Shown: piece by piece, positions 38,851 through 49,511 of the stretch
How positions within the stretch are numbered: the first letter of the stretch is position 1
Layout of the letters: the number at the start of each line of letters is the position of its first letter
Assembly (NCBI GenBank): GCA_951406725.2
Contig: OX597819.1
Span: 30,876,001-30,940,000, forward strand
Direction of reading: 5' to 3'
DNA length: 64,000 nucleotides
From: Octopus vulgaris
Taxonomy: Eukaryota
The notes under the pieces: generated by a model
What the model was told of the DNA's origin: nothing
What the model saw: only the letters and a program-made list of their open reading frames with translations
The model's database searches: none
Program-made: the position numbers and the translations under genes

Positions 38851-38920
38851 AAAATAACTGAAGGGTGTACAGAAATAATGATAATACAGTGTAGACACAC
38901 CTTAGCTAGGTAGAGGAGGG

Positions 38921-38954
<34 letters not shown>

Positions 38955-39183
38955 AGACAGACAGATTACTGTGGGTCACACCCAGCCCTTCAGAAGACAA
39001 CTTGCTTGCATAATGACAGTGTACAATTACAAATGACCAGGGTTTATGCAAAACCAGTACTATATTGCTACTACAACAACCACTATTACTACTACTCATT
39101 TTCAATGGGATTATAAAAAAAATACCTCATAAAATATCAGATATATTGTTTGTATCAGACACACACACACACACACATACATA

Positions 39184-39625
39184 TCTTTATATATAAAAGT
39201 GAGGTTGTGTGCTGTCTGTCTCCTACGATTTAGATTCCTAACTACTCCCACATTTTGCGGTGCAGTTTAACCAAAACCAGGTATCTTATAGTCGTGATTC
39301 ATATCGAGCCCTTCTGAGTATTAGTGCGCGTCTACGATGAGTCTACGATTTTAAAAAAATTTACCATCAATTTTTCCCATTTTTAATGCATTTTTGGCAT
39401 ATATAAGAGAAGTAACTCTCTAAAAATTTATTATTAAATCTCAGAACGTAAAAAGCTACAGTAACACCCCTCCTTTGTGGTTAGCCATATTGAGATGGCT
39501 ATTATACTTTACATCTCTAAAAATGCTTATATAGTTATTTCCCTTACAAACCCGAGCAATGTGGGAGTAGTTAGGAATCTAAATCGTAGGAGACAGACAC
39601 ACAACCTCACTTTTATATATAAAGA
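39184..39625 (+). mobile_element. Non-autonomous Helitron-like element ending in an inverted copy of its own 5' end
   Basis: 5' a|TCtttatatataaaag; partial 3' hairpin aaacccgagcaa as at 63701; then reverse complement of the first 70 bp or so. Confidence 0.75.
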
Positions 39626-39789
39626 TTTCCTCTATTTACATAATATTGAGGTCTCTTTCTTTCTTTTGTTATCTTACTGTTTTTACCAATATACATATAT
39701 ATATATATATATAAATATATATATAGTTACAGAGATGTACTTGCATAGCAAGTGACTTGATCTGAGATCGTGTGCTGGAACGAAAACAG

Positions 39790-40048
39790 TTGCAGCGTTG
39801 AAGGTGTTTATAAGCCATTTAAGAAACACACAAAAACCGTTAGATTCACTTCAACATTTAAATTTAATTTGTCAAAATATTTTCGTCGCTTTGAGACAGC
39901 GACCTGTTAGCACGATATTTTTGTCAGTGAACAGGTCGCGGTCTGAAAGCGACGAAAATATTTTGGCAAATTAAATTTAAATGTTGAAGTGAATGTAACG
40001 GTTTTTGTGTGTTTCTTAAATGGCTTACAAACACCTTCCACGCAGCAA
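39790..40048. repeat. Long palindrome (arms of about 119 bp, 21-nt spacer)
   Basis: ttgcagcgttgaaggtgttt...gcgacctgtt / aacaggtcgc...aaacaccttccacgcagcaa. Confidence 0.9.
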
Positions 40049-40411
40049 TATATATATACACACATATATATATATATGTATGTATGTATGTATGTGTGTA
40101 TATGTGTATGCATGTATGTGTGTGTGCGTGTCTGTGCTTGTGATTGTCCTCCACCACTGCTTGACAACGAATGTTGGTTTGTTTACATCCCTGTCACCTA
40201 GTGGTTTGACAAAGGAAACAGATAGAATAAGTACAATGCTTACAAAAATAAAACTGGAGTTGATTCATTAAACTACAATTCTTCAAGGCATTGCCCCAGC
40301 ATGGCCACAGACCAATGGCTGGAAAATGCAGAAGAATAAAAGAATACATTCTCTGCTTTGGTCTTATGTTCAAGGCATGAGAAAGCTTGAGTTTACATGA
40401 GAAGGCCTAAC

Positions 40412-40677
40412 AGACCTGGTAGAAACAGCAGCCAAATCTCCCTCAAATCACACCTTACTGTCTTATGTATGTATATATATATGAGCCAATGAGGGGGACC
40501 TCTACATGGTAGCTAGACCTGGTAGAAATAGCAGCCAAATTTCCCCCAAATCACACCTTACTGTCTTATCTATGTATATATGTATGTATGAGCCTATGAG
40601 GGAGACCCCTACATGGCAGCTAGACATGGTAGAAATAGCAGCCAAATCTCCCTCAAATCACACCTTACTGTCTTATC
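40412..40677 (+). repeat. Three tandem units of about 105 bp from repeat family E
   Basis: agacctggtagaaa(c/t)agcagccaaatctccctcaaatcacaccttactgtcttat occurs three times. Confidence 0.85.
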
Positions 40678-41718
40678 TTTCTGCTACTTGGATATAGGTG
40701 TTATATTCGTCGTAAAAAAACTTTCCTGTCACACACTCACGCACACGCACACACACACACCCTCACACACACACACACGCGCACACCCACACACACCCAC
40801 TCACACACACGCACGTTAGCTTACAATTTTATTTATATATTTGCGTGTCTGTGTGGAAAGAGGAAGTGGGAGGCAGAGTGAAAGAATCACTCACTACAGT
40901 AAGTCAATTACTTTCATTTTATTCGTTGCCCACTGTGTGTGTGCGTTTGCGTGTGCTGTAAACCAGACTAAGAAAAGCATTTGACACACACACCAGAATG
41001 TGAGTTTTCTGTAAATTTTGCTTAACTGGAGTTTAAATTTTAAAAACTGGACCTGGCATGACGCGATGCATTGTACTCTTAAAAATGCAAGGTAAATTGT
41101 AATTGAAGAAATCCTATATTGTAGATTTGTATAACTCCCAAAGGGAGGCAGATAAAATCTGCCTTTTATAATAAGAGATATATATATAACAGGTGTGTCA
41201 AGACACTCCCCTTGACACACACAAAAAAAAACAGAGAAATAAAGACTATTCCAAACATAGAGATGAATAAAATAAGCACCACACTAAATAAGCACTGGAG
41301 TCAAGAAGCCTGACTAAAAACATTTGACTGTGGTGCTCCAGTATGGCCACAGTCTAATGATTGAAATCATTATAGCAGAGATATTGAATGAGATATATGA
41401 CTTCATGTGACAAATCTAACATGAGGACTATCAAACACATTGACGCCACTTCTCCAAGAGGGCCTACAAAAGCCACTGGCACAGCACCTCGTTGCTGACC
41501 CAACCAAATCATTATTAACCCTTTAGTATTCAGATTACTCTGTCAAATGTAAGGCTTATTAATTCACACTGTTTTGAATTAATCATGCATAATCTCATAG
41601 CTTTGAGATTTCAATGATGTGATTTTTTAAAAAATTTTGAATGACATTGTAGGATAGGTATGAAAGGCTAGATCTGGTTTGTTTGAATATAATATAGGGA
41701 GAATATTTTGGCAGGATG

Positions 41719-41797
41719 TTCATTTCATTTTCATTTTATCTAGTTTCAGCTCATGAGCTGTGGCCATGCTGGGGCCATGCTGGGGCACCGCCATTAT
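41719..41797 (-). mobile_element. Retroposon 3' tail fused downstream of U6
   Basis: Minus GGCGGTGCCCCAGCATGGCC...ACAGCTCATGAGCTGAAACTAGATAAAATGAAAATGAAATGAA; homologous to the SINE A tail. Confidence 0.8.
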
Positions 41798-41904
41798 AAA
41801 AAATATGGAACGCTTCACGAATTTGCATGTCATCCTTGTGCAGGGGCCATGCTAATCTTTTCTGCATCGTTCCAATTTATGTATATGTATCGCCGAAGCA
41901 ATAC
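41798..41904 (-). pseudogene. U6: U6 snRNA retropseudogene, full length
   Basis: Minus GTATTGCTTCGGCGATACATATACATAAATTGGAACGATGCAGAAAAGATTAGCATGGCCCCTGCACAAGGATGACATGCAAATTCGTGAAGCGTTCCATATTTTTT; ACAGAGA box changed to GCAGAAA; lies inside a MITE. Confidence 0.95.
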
Positions 41905-42704
41905 ATATACATATGGCCAGTTTAAATGCTAAACAGTTTAAAAATCTGTTTCCCTTTTTTTCTTTTAGCCATACGTTTGGTGCTTTTATGAGGTCAATTT
42001 CCTTTTAATATTCTAGGATTTGTGATAGGTTTAAATTAAATGTAACATTAGTATCACAGTAGATGTGCAAATGCCAGTTCAATACAAGGTTTCTTTGTTT
42101 TTATTTCCCTTCTTTTATGGTAATGCTGCAGTTATGACAAATTCATTACAAACAGGACTATTTTATGAAAATGTCATTTCTTACTCAACGAAAATATCAT
42201 GACTTTTAAAATAATCAATCCATGCAAGCATGGAAAAATAAATTGGGAAATGTAAGAGACTCTAAAATCTATGAATAATTTGGTTTTTATCAAAGTGGTT
42301 TGAACTGAAAACAGAAGACAAGAAAATCATTGTAAATCCTTTCAATGCGCTAATTAAAGCTACTACATGTCATCATTGCAGCAAAGAAATAAAATCATAA
42401 AAAATTAATACTATTTCAAAACTGAATTTTTATACTGTTTAAAAACAGTATGCCACTCAGAACTACTGGCTAACAGCACCTATCTCTCTGCATAGTTTCA
42501 TCCAATCACTTACATGAAGGGTTAATGACAGTTTCCATAATATCTATGTATTAGCTTCATGGACAGCTGTCATAGTAACAATGGGAATATATACAAGCTG
42601 AAAAAATATTCAAAAATTGGTACAAAATGACTGAATAAAACCATTTTAAATACTAATTAATTAGTAGTTTGGCCCCTCTTTGATCCCCTCTAAACTGAAA
42701 CGAT

Positions 42705-43131
42705 TTTTTCATTTATTTGTTTGTCATTTGACTGCAGCCATGCTGCAGCACTGCCTTTAGTCAAGTAAATAAACCCCAGGACTTATTTTTGTAAGCCTAG
42801 TATTTATTCTATAAGTCTCTTTTGCTAAACTGCAACGTTACAGGGAGATAAACACACCAGCATCGGTTGTCAGGCAATGTTGGTGGGGACAAAAACATAC
42901 ACACAAACACACACATATGTGTGTATATATATATATATGTGACAAGCTTCTTTCAGTTTCCGTCTACCAAATCCACTCACAAAGCTTTGGTCGGCCCAAG
43001 GCTATAATAGAAGACACTTGCCCAAAGTGCCATACAGTGGGACTGAGCCGGAACCATGTGGTTGGTAAGCAAACTACCTACCACACAGCCACTCCTGCAC
43101 CTATGCTTACCACACGGCCACTCCTGCGCCT
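42705..43131 (-). mobile_element. SINE family A with a duplicated head segment of about 29 bp
   Basis: taccacac(a/g)gccactcctgc(a/g)cctatg occurs twice at 43079-43135. Confidence 0.85.
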
Positions 43132-43425
43132 ATGTTCTTGAAATTAAGATTCAAGTTTGAATCCAGGTTTATCCAACAGCACAGCAACTTACGAAAATGT
43201 CTCCTTTTGTAGTTTCAAGCTAACCAACACTTTATGAAAGAAATTTAATAGAAACTATGCAGAATCGTGTGTGTGTGTGTGTGTATATATGTGTATGTGT
43301 ATATATCACGTGACCACGTGACTGACCAGGCCATCAGATGTTGCTACACATCGCTGGTCACAATGCGCTTCGCATTGTTTTAGCCTTCAAATGACGCCAC
43401 CCCGCTAGCCAAGCAAGCAGGCCTA

Positions 43426-43456
<31 letters not shown>

Positions 43457-43459
43457 TCA

Positions 43460-43675
43460 AAATGTGACCGCGTGTGTACTGTTGGTGATTTTTTTTCCGC
43501 AGTTTTCCCTTCTTTGGATCTTTCCTTTTCCTATGTTTCTGACGAAGATCTCCGCTCGGAATGTTAAACCCTCCTTTTTTCCTTCTTTCCTGAGCGTCCA
43601 ATAACACTATACTTGTTCCACGTCCTCGCGTTGTTGTGTTTTCTCTTTGTGTTTTCATGTTTGGATTAACTTTAT
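43460..43675 (+). mobile_element. Penelope-like terminal fragment with degenerate hammerhead motif, inside (TA)n
   Basis: GTTT-CTGACGA-a-GATC tcc GCTC-GGAA-tgtt-AAAC. Confidence 0.5.
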
Positions 43676-43691
43676 ATATATATATATATAT

Positions 43692-43860
43692 ATCATCATC
43701 ATCGTTTAGCATCCGCTTTCCATGCTAGCATGGGTTGGACAGTTCAACTGGGGTCTGTGAAGCCAGAAGGCTGCATCAGGCCCAGTCTGATCTGGCAGTG
43801 TTTCTACGGTTGGATGCCCTTCCTAACGCCAACCACTCCGTGAGTGTAGTGGGTGCTTTT
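43692..43860 (-). mobile_element. RTE 3' end fragment
   Basis: catcatcatcgtttagcatccgctttccatgctagcatgggttggac. Confidence 0.85.
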
Positions 43861-43862
43861 TA

Positions 43863-43896
<34 letters not shown>

Positions 43897-44574
43897 CCAG
43901 TTACATCCCTTCAAGTTTAAAAAAAAACATAAAAACCTAATCTGAAATAAGTACTGGGGTTATTATAATCAACCGGAAATCTTTGAAGATGGTACCCAGC
44001 ATGGCCATATTTAAATGAGTGGAAGCCGTAAAAGAATAAAAGAATATGTGTCATAGCAGAGAAAAGATATTTGTTGGAGGTGTCAGATTTTATGTGATAG
44101 ATGTAGCAAAATATATAAATTTAATAGGATAAATGAAACCAGCTGAACTAATAACGAGGAGATGGGGTAAAAATCATGATTTATTATGAACTAATTTAAA
44201 CTGAAATGATTCAAATAATGAAACTTCATGGAAAATGAGAAACCAAAATATATATAGCATTAAGCTAAAATTAGTAGTTGTCATCAGATTTAGAAGTGAA
44301 AGAAAACTGAATTTAGAAATTTATTTAACCTAAATGTCTGAATTGAAATAATTGAGATTTAAGTTGTGTTTTTTTTTTCTTTGTTAATGGCTTGATGAAT
44401 GAATAACAGCACCAATTATAATTTTCAGACCCTCCAAGAGTAAGGGTGGGAAGGTAGTATTCTTCAGGTAAGAGGTTAGGTTTGGAGCTTTGAAACAAAG
44501 TAAACTCTGCTGAAGATACCTAAGACTCAGGGGGTAGGGATTTGACTGAGGAACAGATAAAGTCTATAGAATAT

Positions 44575-45197
44575 GAGCAGGCATAGCTGAGTGGTTGAGA
44601 AGTTTGCTTCACAAAAACATGGTTTCAGGATCAATGCCATAATGTGGCACTTTGGGTTAGTGCAGAGCCAGCTTGTGGAGGCACATGGCCTAGTGGTTAG
44701 AGCAGCAGACTTGCGGTCGAGGGATCGCGGGTTCGAATCTCAGACCAGGTGATGTATGTGTTTATGAGCGAAACACCTGAACTCCACACGGCTCCGGCAG
44801 AAGGTAATGGCGAACTTCTGCTGACTCTTTCAACACAACTTTCTCTCACTCTTTCCTTCTGCATCTTGCAGCTCACCTGCGACGGACCGGCGTCCCATCC
44901 AGGTGGGGAACCTATACGCCAAGAAATCGGGAAACCGGCCCTTATGAGCCAGGCATGGCTCAAGATGGATCAAACAACAACAGAGCCAGCTTAGCAGCAT
45001 GATTAAACCCCCGGGAAAATCAATGCAATGGACCCTGTAGTATTTATTGACCCCAAGCAACAGCCCAGTGTGCCCATGCATTCAGATGGTACTGGGTAAG
45101 AGTCTTCTACTATAGACCTCTTGAGTCAACCAAAGCCTTGTGAGTGGATTTAGGGGGCAAAAACTAAAAGAAACCAGTTTTAGACATTGCACAAAAT
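44575..45197 (+). mobile_element. Nested cluster: SINE A containing a hAT MITE (44663-45094) containing a SINE B variant (44675-44980)
   Basis: 12-bp TSD cagagccagctt flanks SINE B; MITE ends cagagcc...gatggtactg; SINE A resumes at tcttctactatag. Confidence 0.75.
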
Positions 45198-45271
45198 TGT
45201 AAATAAACATCATTGTTACACAAGCAGAATTATTCGTTTGCAATCTTCCATAAAAAATGCCCAACTGCATT

Positions 45272-45668
45272 GGAGTGGCTGTATGGTAAGTAGCTTGTTT
45301 ACCAACCACATGGTTCCAGGTTCATTCCCACTGCATGGCACCTTGGGCAAGTGTCTTCTACTATAGCCTCGGGCCGACCAAAGCCTTGTGAGTGGATTTG
45401 GTAGATGGAAACTGAAAGAAGCCCGTTGTATATATGAATATGTATGTATGTGTATATGTATATGTGTGTGTGTTTGTGTTTGTCACCCCAACATCACTTG
45501 ACAACCGATGCTTGTGTGTTTATGTCCCCGTAACTTAACGGTTCGGCAAAAGAGACCGATAGAATAAGTACTAGGCTTACAAAGAATAAGTCCTGGGATC
45601 GATTTGCTCGACTAAGGGCGGTGCTCCAGCATGGCCACAGTCACATGGCTGAAACAAGTAAAAGAGTA
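45272..45668 (+). mobile_element. SINE family A
   Basis: Family A motifs. Confidence 0.9.
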
Positions 45669-46215
45669 ACTGCTGTAATTTTATTGCCTCTCTTTCCTCT
45701 CTCTCTCTCTCTTCTTCCATTCCTAGTATGCATGATGAATACAGAGAGGAGGTAAGTATAGAAAGATGACAGGATATCAAAGAGGTGAGGAAAGCAGCTG
45801 ATGGAAACTTGACATTAGACATAAATATGTGTGTATCATCGTGGTTATTTCAATGCCCACTTTTCCATGCTTGCATGGGATGTATGAATTTATTGAGGCA
45901 GATTTTCTACGGCCTGGTGCCCTACCTGTCAACATCACTTACTTGTTTCCAAGCATGGCTGGATATGTTTTCGCAGAATATTTGAAATTAATAATATTCA
46001 TTTACAGTAATCACAATGTCCAGTCAAGGAGAAACACATATACATATATACAAGATGCTTCTTTGAATTTCCATCTACCAAATTCACTTACAATTTGGTC
46101 ATCCCAGGGTTATAGTAGAAGACACTAGCCACAGAAGCTATACAGGGGGACAGAACATGAAACCAAGTAGCTGGAAAGCAAACTTCTGAACCTCACAACC
46201 AAATTTATGCCGATA

Positions 46216-46239
46216 TCTCTATATATATAAACGGCAAAA

Positions 46240-46278
<39 letters not shown>

Positions 46279-46607
46279 ATGTCCTTCATACAAATCCACA
46301 ATTTTTCAGTTAGAGGGCTCGCACTTTCTATGGTCATTCAAACCCGTCCTAGAGTGGTCGTGCACATCTTTACATTTCCCCAGTCACCCCACAAAGCCAT
46401 TAAAAAATCAATAGAAGTGACTTTTTTGTGAATTTTCTATCCAAAACCCAATCAAAATGCCCGAAACTTGATACGCCAATTGAATGCCAGCTAGCTGTAT
46501 GTGACTGGTCGGAGATTTGGACAGTACTCGCATGTATGTGCGCACGCATGCAGCTGTATATGCATGCACCAGCACTATGACCCGGCAACGCCGGGTCATA
46601 GTGCTAG
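46216..46607 (+). mobile_element. Complete non-autonomous Helitron
   Basis: A|TC 5' end, internal (TG)n, GC-rich hairpin gacccggc-aac-gccgggtc, CTAG|T 3' end, no TSD. Confidence 0.88.
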
Positions 46608-46781
46608 TGGTATATAATTTAAAACATCACACATTCTGGAAATGCTACAAAAAAGATTCCCAGCAACACAAGATGTGAGAAAAATTAATCTGGCTATTAT
46701 AAGATTGATTGTAGGATCTGTTTATCAACAAGCAGTATGACACAGCTCAAGCTAACGAGCCTCCTTCCTTGCTTCCATTAC

Positions 46782-46820
<39 letters not shown>

Positions 46821-47697
46821 AGCTTCCATCACGCCCACCATATATATGGTATGTGTATATGTTGTGTGTATATTTACACATACAACACACACATTTAAGA
46901 ATTGGATGCTTAAACCCATTTTATTTAATGAATCCACATTTGCTAAGTTGGATCTGCTCCAAATCTTTTTTCTTTTCTTCACATTCCTAATACAGTTCAC
47001 ATCTATAATTTTCATTCCAGAATTTTGCAAATTTTATTAAGAAATATTCACTTTATTTAATAGAGAAATTAAACCATTTATTAAGAAAGTTCTGAGAATA
47101 AAATCATCAGAATTTGAATGCCAAACATAGTCCTTATAAATGAGAAAAGTATTTATAATGCTATTATATGTGAGAAAATACAAAAATACCTGTTCAATGT
47201 GAAGTATGTTTTTCTAAAATATGTGAACAATGTATGTCAATAATAGAAAATTGACTATTGCTACCACTATTTCTGTCGGTGACAGTTCAGCTTATCTTAA
47301 ATAGCTATATAAAATTATTACTAATGATTTAATTTGGATCATATGATAAGAGGACCACTCCTGGGTGAGGAAAGCCTCCATATGGTTTATTTGAATTACT
47401 ACAAATATCAGCCAATTCTTCCTTTACATTATACTCATCAATCCTAAAAAATAATAATAATAATAATGGACAATATAGTCCAAGTTATAGTGTGTCTGAA
47501 TAAATGACGTGATGGTCATGATTGGAATACATTTGATCACAGGCATACTAAATCTAGGTTAACCTGGGCTCAGCAACAATCACATTAAAACTGTATGGTT
47601 TAATAAAGACTGTAAAGTTCACCGAGTGATTTATCCAATGCTGGCCATAACTACATTCTTATGCTTAATTTTAATAGTGGATATTTTTGTCTTTCAG

Positions 47698-47802
47698 GAG
47701 GGAAAGATCTATGATGATGAATCATGTAATGGAATCATAAAACATGTGAACATGCAAACTGATGTTCCTGCCTATTCCTTCATTGATCTACTTGAAATCA
47801 CT
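47698..47802 (+). CDS. Possible 105-nt exon (EGKIYDDESCNGIIKHVNMQTDVPAYSFIDLLEIT)
   Basis: tttttgtctttcAG acceptor, GTatga donor, open phase 0-0; isolated, no homology recognised. Confidence 0.25.
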
Positions 47803-49080
47803 GTATGACAAGAGTATTTCTCGTTAAATGGGTTGAGAGAAAATGAATCACAGAAAAATAAAGAAAATATAAAAAAAACAAGTTTTGTAATTTTCAAATA
47901 GATTTCATAAAGTAATTGGAAAAGCAAATACAAGGGCATTAGATCTTTATTTCATATATGAGGCTATGAAGATAGAAGCTGAGATAAAGATGTATATTTA
48001 TGGCAAACAGTAAAGAAAATATCCATTAGTGGTTCAAGCCACTTATAGTTGTAGTTCTTGTGTTGTGTTGTTGTTGTTGTGTTGCTGTTGTTTATCTCCC
48101 AGATTATCCCTGACTGAACAGACCTATGGTAAAAGAGATTTCCAAACATGACAATCTAGTTTTTTTGTTTGTTTGTTTTTTTTTTCCAGACATAATCCGA
48201 CACTATTTCATCTTAAATTCAGACATTGAAGAACTAAATTTATCAAAAGATGTCCTTCTTCTTTTTAAGAGAGTAGAGTTTGAGTTGAGATAGATTTGGC
48301 TGTTCCTTCTATCTGGTCAAGTGACCACAGAAAGGTTCCCATTTTAGACTGCTAATTATAGTCATTCTCATTATCAATATTACACATATTGTAACAGGAG
48401 AGATCACTAATAGATCACTAATGATAACAGCTATTGATTTAACCTAGCACATATTTTAAGAGTCAAGAACATTATCAAGTCAGTCACAATTAGTCATTGG
48501 TGATGGAAAGCCTGCTACAGCCCGACATAAAGTCAATAGTGGTTAGTCATATATACATATGTGTTGAAACATACTGCTACAGCAGTCAGCATTATCAGCT
48601 CTAGTAACGTTTACACAGTTGTGTAATGATAATATACAACTGTGACATCAACAAGCATTATCAACAAACAGTTACATCATTCAGCTATTAGCATTGCTAT
48701 GAGAAATAGTTATTACAGTAGTCCATATTATCAAGGCATTTGAAGTAATAGTGCAAAGTATGGAATTAAATGCCTATACATTCTGACTTCAAATTCCTCT
48801 AACATTGAGTTCAACATGCATTTTTCAATACTTGTTGAAATAACTGCCACCACTATGCAATAGGTAGGGGTAGAGGCCACTTCCATCGATTATATCCCTG
48901 AGATATACAGTATATACTACCACTATGCATTGTCTAGAAGAGTGAGAGTGCTTCTCAACTAGGGTTCGTATGGTCCTTGGGGGTCCATATAAGATTTTGT
49001 TACTAAATTTTAGCTGCAATACATTGGTTATACTTTTACAATGCACAAAATATTTTCACAATCTTTTATATACAATTCCT

Positions 49081-49511
49081 GGATCTTTTCGGTTTGAACG
49101 GCAGTTTTTTCTAGCGGTGTCATATGAAATTGTCACCCATAATTATGACCCTAGTATTGATCTATTGCATTTCAATCTGTTTTAGGGTTAGTTAGGGTTG
49201 GTTAGGGTTAGGGATGGGGGGAAGGGTATCTTTTTTTCTTCACAAATGTAAATAAACCCAATCTGTTTCTTAAACGAGGGACATATTCATATGGCACAAT
49301 GTTTTTTTACCTCAATAGATGTCACTGATTGGTTGAAATTGCAGAAATTGAAGAAAAAAAACCAACAAATATCTTACAAACTATAGAATTTTCTCAATAA
49401 AGCCAAGAGAAAAAGATGTTTTATAAACACATGCTACCAGTATACGAAGTTTAAAATTTTTTAGTTACCTAGAAATTATGTTAAAAACTGCCGTTCAAAC
49501 CAAAAAGATCC
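49081..49511. mobile_element. MITE with TIRs of about 29 bp and internal TTAGGG-like repeats
   Basis: ggatcttttcggtttgaacggcagttttt ... aaaaactgccgttcaaaccaaaaagatcc. Confidence 0.85.

Larger units (their letters stand above)
41519..41936. mobile_element. piggyBac-type MITE interrupted by the U6 chimera
   Basis: TTAA|CCCTTTAGTATTCAG...ggat [insert] atatggccagtttaaatgctaaa; same family as 8886-9105 and 59954-60118. Confidence 0.75.

Noticed and set aside
41798-41904. Functional U6 gene
   Set aside because: The ACAGAGA box is mutated, CpG decay is visible, and the upstream flank is MITE sequence rather than a PSE/TATA promoter.
42514-42597. Minus-strand segment with strong AG and GTAAGT splice signals
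   Set aside because: All three frames contain stops; at most a non-coding exon.
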